Source: Candidatus Caccoplasma merdavium (GTDB lineage Bacteria > Bacteroidota > Bacteroidia > Bacteroidales > UBA11471). From it: 64,000 bases of DNA. The translations under genes and the position numbers were made by a program. The stretch's first letter is position 1. Every line of letters starts with the position of its first letter. The notes under the pieces are model-generated. The model saw nothing but the letters and a program-made list of their open reading frames with translations. It did not search any database and was not told where the DNA came from. The stretch covers positions 6,023 to 70,022 of the forward strand of contig DVLI01000002.1 of the NCBI GenBank assembly GCA_018715595.1, written 5' to 3'. Of this stretch, positions 30,129-41,339 are shown piece after piece.

Positions 30129-32732
30129 ATGCAAGACCAAAAACGATTACAGATAACCGGTATGTCGGCTCTTTTGCCGCCGGCAATTTCAACCGACGGG
30201 GAGTGCAGTCATGTTGTCAATCTCCGTTGCCGCGATGGCGTGTGGTCTCCAGTCGGCACGCCGGCCTGTTGCTACACGCCGACCGATGCGTCGCATCGCC
30301 TTGTCTTCGTCCATGTGAACGAGGCTTACAAGCACTATTTTACCTACGACGGTACGACTCTCTTTTATGAAGCAGAGGAGACCGATGGCGCGATTGTGCC
30401 CCTGAAAAGCCCTTCGGGTTTTCAAATCTCCGGATTGGAGCGCATCGAGGCGGTGGGAAATGCCATGGTTGTCTTCACCGATAAGGAGATGCAATACCTT
30501 TTCTATGTCGACGGCACCTATCGCTTTCTCGGAGAGCGCCCCGATTTTCCCGAGATTACATTTACCCTGAAAGAGAAGACCTCCCGCTCGGAATTTTGGA
30601 ACGACTATGTGCTGGTCTCCTCTTCTACGCCCGATGCAAACTTTATCCTCTCCGACAACGATAAGTTGCGGTTCACCTCCTTGGTTTACGGTACATACAG
30701 CCGGGCCAAGAGTGCGTTGCTCGACGATGGATACCTTTCTTTCCCGTTTATGGTGCGCTATGCCCTGCGGCTTTATGACGACAGCTATATCTATCCCTCG
30801 CCCCCTGTGCTGATGTGTGGTTCCGATGTTTTGCCTTTCGATAATAACTTGGCTTCGATGTGCAAGGTCGATGATAAGAAGGTGGTGCAACTCTATCACA
30901 ACCCCTTCACCCTCTCGGGAGAGAAGGTCTATTACACCGTGAACAAGGCCAATCTCGAAGCGTGGAGCGATGTGATAAAGGGGGTTGATGTCTTTTTCTC
31001 CCGGGAGTTGCCCGTAGTGAAAGATGCTACCATCGAGTCATATTACCTCGTTCAGGAGCCTGACGGAAATGGAGACCCGGTGCCGGTCATGCGGTTTGCG
31101 ATGCCTTTGCTTCCGGACGATGAACAACGGGAGCAGATTGTGAACGAGTCGCTCTTTTATAAAGTGGCCTCGTTCGACATAGAAGAGTTGACGGCCGACC
31201 CCGAGACGTCGGCTCCGTTGACCTATACCTGCTCGCTCTCGAACCTTGTGCAGCAGCGCAATCTCCCGCTCGACAACTTCTCACTGCATACCCTTCGGGC
31301 CAAGGAGTCGTGTGTTTACAATGGACGCCTTCACTTGGGGAATGTGACGACCCGCTTTTTCGATGGGTATCCGCTTTCACTTTTCTCGACGGAACAAGAG
31401 AATTATCGAGGAAGTACACCTACATCTCATTCCATGCAGGGCTTTATGCGGATAACACTGAAAGGAACGACAGGGCAGAGCCAGATGTTTGTCCCTTTCG
31501 AGCCTGGTACATATCGACTCACACCTTATCTTTCCTATCCCGACAGTCGGGCTGTGAGAATTGAGATTTTGGGCTTTAATCAATCGGGATCTCCCCGTTA
31601 TTATGGCCGATTTCCACTGAAAGCCGCACCCAACGAAAACATGGCATATTATCTCAATCCCGAATTTTCTCCCATACAACTGACCTTGGACTTTTCTTCA
31701 ATGGACGGGTCATTTCAACCTGAGGTAAAAAATCCCGAAGAGCACATTCCCGGCAAGTTGCGGGTATCGGCCGTGTATAATCCGTTTACCTTCCCCCAGA
31801 CCCTCACCTATACGCTCTCCTCGGGGGCGATTCTCGGCATGGCGGCGGCAACGGCAGCCCTCTCGCAAGGACAGTATGGCGAGTTCCCCCTTTATGTCTT
31901 TACCAGCGATGGCATATGGGCTTTGCGGCAGGGCAGCGGCGAGGTGTTGTATGCCAGCCAGTCGCCGGTGAATCGCGAAGTGGCCCTTTCGCCCCGACAC
32001 ATCATCTCGGTCGATGATGCCGTGCTCTATCTCTCCGACCAGGGATTGATGGCCTTGCTCGGTTCCGATTCGGAACTCTTGTCGCGACCCTTCGACGGGA
32101 CTCCCGATACCCTGCCGGGGCCGGCTCTTTCGGTGCTCGATGCAATGGAGCCGGTGATGACGTCGGCCGTCGACAATACGCCCTTCCGCACGTTTGTGGA
32201 GAATGCCGAGATAGGATATAATTACATCGAGAAGGAGTTGCTTTTCCTGTCGCCGGGCTATTCCTATATGTGGGTGTTCGATTTGTTGTCGGCGCAATGG
32301 ACGCGGCGCAGTGCCTCGTATGTCTCGTTTTATTCGCTTTATCCGACATTGTTGGCCGTCGATGATGAGTCGCGGGTGTATGACCTGTGCGATGAGCAGG
32401 CGGCCAATAGGGTGGAGGTGGCGCTTGTGACACGGGCCATCAAGCTGTTGCCCGATGTGGAGAAACGGATACCCCGGTGGGCCTTGCGTTGCAGCGACGA
32501 TAACGCCTCGCTCGCCTTTTCGCTTTGGGCCTCGAACCGCGCCGATGAGGGATATGGAGCCATTTTCAGGGCACGAGCCGAAGGGGCTATCCCCGGCCGC
32601 GTTTCCTTGCGTACCATAGCTCCGCCATATAAATATCATCGGCTTTCGCTCTCGGGCGTGGTCTCTTCTCGGTTCCATCTCGATGCCGTCGATGTGGTGT
32701 ACGAGCCGGTGTATTCATCGAAGCTCATATAA
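30129..32732 (+). CDS. large hypothetical beta-rich protein (867 aa), possible podovirus tail-tube/adaptor-type structural protein
   Basis: ORF 30081..32732 trimmed to the ATG 'MQDQKRLQITG'. Propeller-like repeats ('VFTSDGIWALRQG', 'LYLSDQGLMALLG', 'YMWVFDLLSAQW'). No catalytic motif recognised. The function is inferred from position next to the portal gene. Confidence 0.6.
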   Translation: MQDQKRLQITGMSALLPPAISTDGECSHVVNLRCRDGVWSPVGTPACCYTPTDASHRLVFVHVNEAYKHYFTYDGTTLFYEAEETDGAIVPLKSPSGFQISGLERIEAVGNAMVVFTDKEMQYLFYVDGTYRFLGERPDFPEITFTLKEKTSRSEFWNDYVLVSSSTPDANFILSDNDKLRFTSLVYGTYSRAKSALLDDGYLSFPFMVRYALRLYDDSYIYPSPPVLMCGSDVLPFDNNLASMCKVDDKKVVQLYHNPFTLSGEKVYYTVNKANLEAWSDVIKGVDVFFSRELPVVKDATIESYYLVQEPDGNGDPVPVMRFAMPLLPDDEQREQIVNESLFYKVASFDIEELTADPETSAPLTYTCSLSNLVQQRNLPLDNFSLHTLRAKESCVYNGRLHLGNVTTRFFDGYPLSLFSTEQENYRGSTPTSHSMQGFMRITLKGTTGQSQMFVPFEPGTYRLTPYLSYPDSRAVRIEILGFNQSGSPRYYGRFPLKAAPNENMAYYLNPEFSPIQLTLDFSSMDGSFQPEVKNPEEHIPGKLRVSAVYNPFTFPQTLTYTLSSGAILGMAAATAALSQGQYGEFPLYVFTSDGIWALRQGSGEVLYASQSPVNREVALSPRHIISVDDAVLYLSDQGLMALLGSDSELLSRPFDGTPDTLPGPALSVLDAMEPVMTSAVDNTPFRTFVENAEIGYNYIEKELLFLSPGYSYMWVFDLLSAQWTRRSASYVSFYSLYPTLLAVDDESRVYDLCDEQAANRVEVALVTRAIKLLPDVEKRIPRWALRCSDDNASLAFSLWASNRADEGYGAIFRARAEGAIPGRVSLRTIAPPYKYHRLSLSGVVSSRFHLDAVDVVYEPVYSSKLI

Positions 32733-32733
32733 A

Positions 32734-32773
32734 AGTCCCCCTCGCCGCACACTCCTGTGCGGCGAGGGGGACT
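32734..32773. terminator. perfect bidirectional hairpin (18-bp arms) shared by the 867-aa gene and sufS
   Basis: 'agtccccctcgccgcaca ctcc tgtgcggcgagggggact'. Confidence 0.65.
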
Positions 32774-32793
32774 CGATGAGAAATTGTCGCAGG

Positions 32794-34011
32794 TCAGAAC
32801 ATTTGTGCCACCCGCTTTACGGCGGCGACAAAAGCCTCGCACTCTTCGATGGTGTTGTAGAGGGCAAAAGAGGCGCGCAGCGTGCCTACGATGCCAAAGC
32901 GTTCCATGAGCGGTTGGGCGCAATGGTGACCCGAACGCAGGGCAAATCCCAGCTTGTCGAGCAGCATGCCCATGTCGTAGGGGTGAATGTCGCGGACGAG
33001 AAACGAGATGACGCCGCATTTCTGAGGGGCGGTCCCGTAAATGCGTATGCCGTCGATTTCTTCCAGCAGCCGGCGGGTGGTATATTGCAGCAGCTCCTGT
33101 TCGTGGGCGGCGATGTTTTCTATGCCGATGCGGTCGATGTAGTCGAGGGCACTGGCAAAGGCCATCGTACCGATGTAATCGGGTGTCCCTGCCTCGAACT
33201 TGAACGGCAGCTCGTTGAAGGTCGTCTTCTCGAAGGTCACATGCCCTATCATCTCGCCGCCACCTTGATAAGGGGGTATGGCATTGAGCCATTTCTCTTT
33301 GCCGTAGAGGACGCCGATGCCCGTGGGCCCATACATTTTATGAGCCGAGAGCACATAGAAGTCGACGTCGAGTGCCTGCACGTCGACCCGGTGGTGCAGG
33401 GCGCCTTGTGCGCCGTCGATGAGCACCGGTACCTGGTGGCGGTGGGCCATGTCGATAATCTCCTTGATGGGATTGACCGTTCCCAGGACATTCGACACAT
33501 GGGTGATGGAGACCAGTCGGGTCTTTTCGTTGAAAGCCGAGGCAAGCGCCTCCATGTCGAGCACGCCCCGGTCGTCGATGGGTATGACGCGCAAGGCAAT
33601 CTTCCGCTCGCTTTGCAGCAGTTGCCACGGCACGATGTTGGCGTGGTGTTCCATCTCCGAGATGATGACTTCGTCGCCGTCGTGGAGGAATGCCTCTCCG
33701 AAGGAGTGCGCCACGAGATTGATCGACTCGGTCGTGCCGCGGGTGAAGATAATCTCTTTTTCGCTGGCGGCGTTGAGGAATTGTTGTACGCGTCGGCGCG
33801 CATGTTCATGACCGTCGGTGGCTTCTTGGCTCAGGCGGTGCACGCCGCGGTGCACGTTGGCATTGATGCGGGTGTAGCCGTCGGTGATGGTCTCGATGAC
33901 GCAGCGCGGTTTCTGGGAGGTGGCGGCATTGTCGAGGTAGACCAGCGGCTTGCCGTAGACTTCACGCGCAAGAATGGGAAAGTCTTCTCTTATTTTGTCG
34001 ATGTCGAGCAT
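32794..34011 (-). CDS. sufS: cysteine desulfurase SufS
   Basis: ORF 32794..34140 trimmed to 'MLDIDKIREDFPILAREVYGKPLVYLDNAATSQKP'. PLP lysine context 'SAHKMYGPTGIGVLYG' and catalytic 'RSGHHCAQP'. Confidence 0.94.
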   Translation of the reverse strand: MLDIDKIREDFPILAREVYGKPLVYLDNAATSQKPRCVIETITDGYTRINANVHRGVHRLSQEATDGHEHARRRVQQFLNAASEKEIIFTRGTTESINLVAHSFGEAFLHDGDEVIISEMEHHANIVPWQLLQSERKIALRVIPIDDRGVLDMEALASAFNEKTRLVSITHVSNVLGTVNPIKEIIDMAHRHQVPVLIDGAQGALHHRVDVQALDVDFYVLSAHKMYGPTGIGVLYGKEKWLNAIPPYQGGGEMIGHVTFEKTTFNELPFKFEAGTPDYIGTMAFASALDYIDRIGIENIAAHEQELLQYTTRRLLEEIDGIRIYGTAPQKCGVISFLVRDIHPYDMGMLLDKLGFALRSGHHCAQPLMERFGIVGTLRASFALYNTIEECEAFVAAVKRVAQMF

Positions 34012-34027
34012 GATATGTCTCCTTCCT

Positions 34028-35365
34028 TTATTGGCAGATGCGGCAGCCGGCACATTTGTCGAGGGTGCCTCTGAACCGGCGTTCGACCATCTTGTGCAAC
34101 CTCTCCCGCAGGCTTTCGATGCGCACCTTCTCGATGACATCGTGTGTGAAGGCCACCATGAGCAACATGCGGGCTTCGGCTTCGGGTATTCCTCGCGAAC
34201 GCATGTAGAAAAGGGCGTTCGTGTCGAGTTGCCCGGTCGTTGCGCCGTGGCTGCACTTCACGTCGTCGGCATAGATTTCGAGTTGCGGTTGGGTATAGAT
34301 GTGAGCCTCCTTGGTGGTGCAGAGGTTGCGGTTGGTCTGTATGGCTGAGGTCTTTTGGGCGCCCTGTCGCACGAGAATGCGGCCGTTGAATACCCCTGTG
34401 GCCGAGTCTTCGAGTACATACTTGAAGAGCTCGTCGCTGGTGCAGTGGGCGGCTTTGTGGTCGATGAAGGTGAAGTTGTCGACGGCCTGACGCTTGTCGG
34501 CCACCGCCATGCCGTAGAGATGCGTCTCGGCGCCTTCGCCTTCGAGCGTGATGGTGAAGTTGTTGCGCGTGTAGCCGTTGTGCAGGGTGATGCCGTTGAC
34601 CAGCACGTTCGATGAGCGTTCTTGGCGTATGAACGTCGATGCGACGCGATGGGTGTTGAGGGTCGACTCTTCGAGGTCGTAGTAGTCGAACTTGGCGTCG
34701 GGACCTACAAAAATCTCATTGACAGCCGAGGTCAGGAAATGCCCTTTGTCGAGCGTGTGGTCACATGCGAGCAGATGGGCCTGTGCCCCCTCTTCGAGCA
34801 CGATGAGCATGCGCAGGTTGGCCATGAAGTCGTGCGAGCCGTGGGTGAGGTGTACGATTTGCAGCGGCTCTTCGATTTTTACATGACGGGGCACATAGAG
34901 AAAGAATCCGTCTTGCACGAGGGCCGTGTTGAGTGCCACGGTGCCGTCTTTCCCGGTGCCGGCCAGGCGGCCGTAGTAGCGGTCGACCAAGTCGGGGTAG
35001 CGGGTGGCTGCTTCGCAGAGGCTGCAAGCCAATACGCCCTCGGGCAGGGGCTTGGTGTTGTTGCCCGAGAATATGTCGCCGACGAAGAAGTAGGGCTGGC
35101 TTTCGAGGTCGGGAACGGCACATCGGAAACTCTCTTTTATTGTGGCTTGCGGGGCGATGCGTGCCAAGTTGAGCCCGTAGTCGGGCGCATAGAAGGCTTC
35201 GATGTCGGTGTGCAGGAACTCCTCTTGCCGCTTGTGGGGCAAACCCAGCCGTTCGAAGTCGCGCATGGCGGCATCGCGTCGGCTGTTCAACACGGCAGCC
35301 GAGTGGCGGTCGATGAGTTCCCGGTGCTGGCGGTAGAGGTCGATATATTGTTGTGCGGCATTCAT
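34028..35365 (-). CDS. sufD: Fe-S cluster assembly protein SufD
   Basis: 445-aa ORF between sufC and sufS. 'DVKCSHGATTGQLDTNALFYMRSRGI' is the SufB/D signature. Confidence 0.9.
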   Translation of the reverse strand: MNAAQQYIDLYRQHRELIDRHSAAVLNSRRDAAMRDFERLGLPHKRQEEFLHTDIEAFYAPDYGLNLARIAPQATIKESFRCAVPDLESQPYFFVGDIFSGNNTKPLPEGVLACSLCEAATRYPDLVDRYYGRLAGTGKDGTVALNTALVQDGFFLYVPRHVKIEEPLQIVHLTHGSHDFMANLRMLIVLEEGAQAHLLACDHTLDKGHFLTSAVNEIFVGPDAKFDYYDLEESTLNTHRVASTFIRQERSSNVLVNGITLHNGYTRNNFTITLEGEGAETHLYGMAVADKRQAVDNFTFIDHKAAHCTSDELFKYVLEDSATGVFNGRILVRQGAQKTSAIQTNRNLCTTKEAHIYTQPQLEIYADDVKCSHGATTGQLDTNALFYMRSRGIPEAEARMLLMVAFTHDVIEKVRIESLRERLHKMVERRFRGTLDKCAGCRICQ

Positions 35366-35377
35366 AGGTGAAAGTTT

Positions 35378-36130
35378 TTAAGCGTCAACCTCTTTTTTTA
35401 TCCAGTCGTAGCCCTTCTCTTCGAGTTCGAGCGCCAACTCGGGGCCGCCCGATTTGACGATGCGGCCCTTGTAGAGTACATGCACGAAGTCGGGGGCGAT
35501 GTAGTCGAGCAGCCGCTGGTAATGGGTGATGACGATGGTGGCGTTTTGGTCCGATTTCAGTTGGTTGACCCCTTGCGATACGATGCGCAGGGCGTCGATG
35601 TCGAGGCCGCTGTCGGTCTCGTCGAGAATCGACAGCCGGGGTTGCAACATGGCCATCTGGAATATCTCGTTCCGTTTTTTCTCTCCGCCCGAGAATCCTT
35701 CATTGACCGAGCGGCTGGCCAGTTTGTTGTCGAGCTCGACAATGGCGCGTTTTTCGCGCATCATTTTCAGGAAATCGGTGGCCGACAGAGGTTCTTCGCC
35801 CCAGTATTTGCGTTTGGCATTGATGGCGGCACGCATGAAATTGACCATGCTGACTCCCGGTATCTCCACCGGGTATTGGAAACTGAGGAAGAGCCCTTCG
35901 TGGGCGCGGTCTTCGGGTGAGAGCGACAGCAGGTCTTTCCCGCAAAATTCGACACTTCCCTCGGTGACTTCAAAAGCCGGATTCCCGGTGAGTACCGACG
36001 ACAGCGTGCTTTTTCCCGAACCGTTGGGCCCCATGATGGCGTGCACCTCTCCTTGTTTTACCGTCAGGTCGATGCCTTTCAATATCTCTTTGCCGTTGAT
36101 GCTGGCGTGCAGATTTTTTATGGTGAGCAT
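35378..36130 (-). CDS. sufC: Fe-S cluster assembly ATPase SufC
   Basis: 250-aa ORF. Walker A 'GPNGSGKST', ABC signature 'FSGGEKKRNEI', Walker B 'LSILDETDSGLD'. Confidence 0.96.
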   Translation of the reverse strand: MLTIKNLHASINGKEILKGIDLTVKQGEVHAIMGPNGSGKSTLSSVLTGNPAFEVTEGSVEFCGKDLLSLSPEDRAHEGLFLSFQYPVEIPGVSMVNFMRAAINAKRKYWGEEPLSATDFLKMMREKRAIVELDNKLASRSVNEGFSGGEKKRNEIFQMAMLQPRLSILDETDSGLDIDALRIVSQGVNQLKSDQNATIVITHYQRLLDYIAPDFVHVLYKGRIVKSGGPELALELEEKGYDWIKKEVDA

Positions 36131-36181
36131 ATGTCAGTATTTTTTTATTCTTTCCTTGTGCCCGGGCGAGACGCCGGCCTC

Positions 36182-37690
<1,509 letters not shown>

Positions 37691-37729
37691 TGTCGGGTAC
37701 ATGACGCAGTTGGGGCGATAGGCCCCGGT

Positions 37730-38287
37730 TTAAGGTAAGAACGACGGAAGGTCGTCTTTGTTTATTTCCGGCAGGGAGATTTGTATGTCGGGCAATTCGA
37801 CCCGTTCTTTCGACCAGTCGATGACCACGGGAGCCACCTTCATGACCATTTGGCTCAGTCGGGCTTCCTGAGGGATTTGAGGTACGACCTGCTTGTCTCC
37901 CTGCGATAATATGGTATAGAGGTTGAGCAGCGCGCTGATGACAAGCAGGTATTTGAAGAAGCAGAAAATGCAGCCGGCGATGCGGTCGAACCACCCCAGG
38001 TGCAGCATGAGAAGCGTCTTTTTGAGCAGCCGCGCCAACAGGTTGCACCCGAAGAGCAACACCAGGAATGAGATGAGATAGGCCAGCTGGTGGGTGATGC
38101 GCGGGCCGGCGAAGTCGAACTGGTTGAGCAGGTTCTCGAACAGGGGCGCGAAGAGGTTGGCAAACAAGATGGCCACAATCAGCCCGCCAAGTGCTCCCAG
38201 TTGTTGCACGATGCCTTTGTGGTACCCGTGCACCAAACCGTATGCAAGAATGGCGCCAACGATAATATCTATGAATTCTACGTTCAT
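37730..38287 (-). CDS. cvpA: CvpA family membrane protein
   Basis: 185-aa ORF. 'IDIIVGAILAYGLVHGYHKGIVQQLGALGGLIVA' is typical of CvpA. Four predicted TM segments. Confidence 0.85.
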   Translation of the reverse strand: MNVEFIDIIVGAILAYGLVHGYHKGIVQQLGALGGLIVAILFANLFAPLFENLLNQFDFAGPRITHQLAYLISFLVLLFGCNLLARLLKKTLLMLHLGWFDRIAGCIFCFFKYLLVISALLNLYTILSQGDKQVVPQIPQEARLSQMVMKVAPVVIDWSKERVELPDIQISLPEINKDDLPSFLP

Positions 38288-38357
38288 CGTTGTTCTTTCG
38301 GGAAAAGGAGATAAGGCGGCCCGTGCGGTGTCGCAGAAGCCGCCTTATCGGGTTTTG

Positions 38358-41231
38358 TCAGAGTGTCTTTTTAACCTCTACTTCTTCGTAGGCTTCGATA
38401 AGGTCGCCTACCTTTATGTCGTTGTAGTTGGCGATATTGAGACCGCACTCATAGCCTGAGGCAACTTCTTTCACGTCGTCCTTGAAGCGTTTGAGTGAGC
38501 CGAGCTCGCCGGTGTATATGACGATGCCGTCGCGTATGAGGCGCACCTTGTTGGTGCGTTTTATCTTGCCTTCTTTCACGATACCGCCGGCAACGGTACC
38601 CACTTTTGAGATGTGGAAGGTCTCGCGCACTTCGACCGTGGCGGTCACTTCTTCCTTGATTTCGGGTGAGAGCATGCCTTCCATGGCGGCTTTTACCTCC
38701 TCGATGGCGTCGTAGATAATCGAGTAGAGACGTATGTCGACGCCCTCTTTCTCGGCCAGTTTGCGGGCGGCCATGGAGGGGCGCACTTGGAAGCCGACGA
38801 TGATGGCGTTGGAGGCGGCAGCCAGGGTGACGTCCGATTCGGAGATTTGGCCTACGGCTTTGTGCAGGACGTTGACTTGTATCTCCTCGGTCGACAACTT
38901 GATGAGCGAGTCGCTGAGGGCTTCGATGGAACCGTCGACGTCGCCTTTCACGATGATGTTCAACTCCTGGAAGTTGCCGATGGCGATGCGGCGTCCGATG
39001 TCGTCGAGGGTGAGCAGCTTGTGGGTGCGCAGACCCTGTTCGCGTTGCAACTGTTCGCGTTTGGTGGCAATCTCGCGGGCTTCTTGCTCGCTTTCCAATA
39101 CCTTGAACTGGTCACCGGCCGTGGGGGCGCCGTTCAATCCCAAGATGAGCACAGGTGCCGAAGGCCCGGCCTCCTTGATGCGGGCGTTACGTTCGTTGAA
39201 CATCGCTTTGACGCGGCCAAACTGGGTGCCGGCCAATACGACGTCGCCCGTGTGCAGGGTTCCGTTTTCGACCAGTACCGTGGCTACATATCCGCGGCCG
39301 CGGTCGAGGGCCGATTCGATAATCGAACCTGTGGCCCGGCGGTTGGGGTTGGCTTTCAAGTCGAGCATTTCGGCTTCGAGCAGCACCTTCTCCATCAGTT
39401 CCTTCACGCCGGTTCCTTTCTTGGCCGAGATGTCCTGCGACTGGTATTTTCCGCCCCACTCTTCGACCAGGTAGTTCATGTTGGCCAGCTCCTCCTTGAT
39501 TTTGTCGGGGTTGGCGTTTGGCTTGTCTATCTTGTTGATGGCAAAGACGATAGGTACGCCCGCGGCCGAGGCGTGGTTGATGGCTTCGACCGTTTGGGGC
39601 ATGACGTTGTCGTCGGCAGCCACGATGATGATGGCGATGTCGGTGACTTTGGCACCGCGGGCACGCATGGCGGTGAAGGCTTCGTGACCCGGCGTGTCGA
39701 GGAAGGTGATGCGACGGCCGTCATCGAGAACGACGTTGTAGGCGCCGATGTGCTGGGTGATGCCTCCTGCTTCACCCGCGATGACGTTGGCGTTGCGTAT
39801 GTAGTCGAGGAGCGAGGTCTTTCCGTGGTCGACGTGACCCATGACGGTCACGATGGGCGGACGCTGCGTGAGGTCTTCTTCGCGGTCGGCCTCTTCTTCC
39901 ATGGCTTCGGCCACTTCGGCGCTCACATATTCGGTTTTGAACCCGAATTCTTCGGCCACGATGTTGATGGTCTCGGCGTCGAGGCGCTGGTTGATCGATA
40001 CCATGATACCGAGGCTCATGCAGGTGGCGATGACATTGTTTACCGGCACGTTCATGAGACTGGCCAGGTCATTGGCCGTCACAAACTCGGTGAGTTTCAG
40101 GATATGGCTTTCTTCCATCTCCCGTTCGGCCGCCTCTTGGGCTTTGGTCGAGAAGGCTTCCCGTTTCTCTTTCCGCCATTTGGCGCTTTTCTTTTGACCT
40201 TTGGCGGTGAGGCGGGCGAGGGTCTCTTTGATTTGTTTTTGCACGTCTTCTTCGTTGACTTCGGCTTTTATGGGCTTTTTCAACTTCGAGGGCTGTTGCT
40301 GTTTGCCGTTGTTGTGGCGGTCGCTGCTGTAAGAGTTGTCGATATTGTGTTCGATGTCGATGCGCTCTTTCTTGATGCGTTTGCGTTTTTTGCGTTCCCC
40401 GTCGTTTTCGGTATTGTCGTTTGGTGGCGTGGCCGGGCGCTTGTTGTTGTCGACGCGCTGTTTTTCTTTGGCTTCACGCTCCTTGCGTTTCTCTTCTTTG
40501 CTTTTTTTCTTCGGACGGGTCTGTTGGTTGATGGCCGATAGGTCGATTTTGCCGACGACGTTGATACCCGGCGTCTTGACCGTGCTCAACTTGAATATAT
40601 TGTCGCCTTTCTCGGCAGGAGCGGCCTCTTTGGTTTCTTCCGACGCTTCTGCTGCGGCTTCTTGCTGCGTTACTTCGTTTGGGCCTTCAACCTCTTCGGT
40701 CGTGGTTTCTGCCTCGGGCTCATCGTCTTCTTCGTCGTAGCTCTCTTCTTCATCGTTCCAGGTGTCGTCTTCTTCGGCATCGGTTTCTTCCGGTGCGGGT
40801 TCCGATGTTTCGGTCGGGGCTTCAACAGGAGACTCTACGGTAACTTCCGGCTCTTCGACCTCAGGTTCCTCTACGGGTTGCGCTTTGGGCTCTTCGGCCT
40901 TCTTGTGCAAGCTGTCCAAGTCGATTTTGCCGACGGCTTTGATGTGGGGTTTGAGCGATTCGTCGATAATTGTCTCGATTTCCTGAGGCTCGTTGTTACT
41001 CTCTTCCTGTGCGGCTTTTTTCTCTTTTTGCCGTTCCTGGCTGATGCGTTCCGACTCGATTTTCAGGTTTTTGTCGGAGCTGAATTCTTTGACGAGCAAT
41101 TCATATTGCTCGTCGGTGATTTTGGTGTTCGGGGTCAGTTCGATCTCGAAACCTTTCTTTCGCAGGAACGCGGCTACCGTCTGTATGCCTACGTTTAAGT
41201 CTCTTGTTACTTTATTTAACCTTATCGACAT
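38358..41231 (-). CDS. infB: translation initiation factor IF-2
   Basis: 957-aa ORF. GTPase '[16 protein letters not shown]', '[10 protein letters not shown]', 'NKIDK'. Charged low-complexity N-terminal region. Confidence 0.98.
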   Translation of the reverse strand: MSIRLNKVTRDLNVGIQTVAAFLRKKGFEIELTPNTKITDEQYELLVKEFSSDKNLKIESERISQERQKEKKAAQEESNNEPQEIETIIDESLKPHIKAVGKIDLDSLHKKAEEPKAQPVEEPEVEEPEVTVESPVEAPTETSEPAPEETDAEEDDTWNDEEESYDEEDDEPEAETTTEEVEGPNEVTQQEAAAEASEETKEAAPAEKGDNIFKLSTVKTPGINVVGKIDLSAINQQTRPKKKSKEEKRKEREAKEKQRVDNNKRPATPPNDNTENDGERKKRKRIKKERIDIEHNIDNSYSSDRHNNGKQQQPSKLKKPIKAEVNEEDVQKQIKETLARLTAKGQKKSAKWRKEKREAFSTKAQEAAEREMEESHILKLTEFVTANDLASLMNVPVNNVIATCMSLGIMVSINQRLDAETINIVAEEFGFKTEYVSAEVAEAMEEEADREEDLTQRPPIVTVMGHVDHGKTSLLDYIRNANVIAGEAGGITQHIGAYNVVLDDGRRITFLDTPGHEAFTAMRARGAKVTDIAIIIVAADDNVMPQTVEAINHASAAGVPIVFAINKIDKPNANPDKIKEELANMNYLVEEWGGKYQSQDISAKKGTGVKELMEKVLLEAEMLDLKANPNRRATGSIIESALDRGRGYVATVLVENGTLHTGDVVLAGTQFGRVKAMFNERNARIKEAGPSAPVLILGLNGAPTAGDQFKVLESEQEAREIATKREQLQREQGLRTHKLLTLDDIGRRIAIGNFQELNIIVKGDVDGSIEALSDSLIKLSTEEIQVNVLHKAVGQISESDVTLAAASNAIIVGFQVRPSMAARKLAEKEGVDIRLYSIIYDAIEEVKAAMEGMLSPEIKEEVTATVEVRETFHISKVGTVAGGIVKEGKIKRTNKVRLIRDGIVIYTGELGSLKRFKDDVKEVASGYECGLNIANYNDIKVGDLIEAYEEVEVKKTL

Positions 41232-41339
41232 AGTTCCATTTTAACGTTGATGAATCTGGTTGGCCACTTTTCTTTTCCTCTTGTGGCTGCGAGAGCATAG
41301 AACCCGAGCTTTTCGGCTCGATGGGCGGAAACCGGAGGG

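Larger units (their letters stand above)
27962..32732. mobile_element. phage-derived gene block B (portal-like gene and a divergent 867-aa structural-like gene)
   Basis: Gene content only. Flanked by the fucosidase fragment and by a hairpin shared with sufS. Confidence 0.5.

Noticed and set aside
38787-40541. 584-aa ORF antisense to infB
   Set aside because: It lies inside the unambiguous IF-2 gene and has repetitive V/G/F/D composition.
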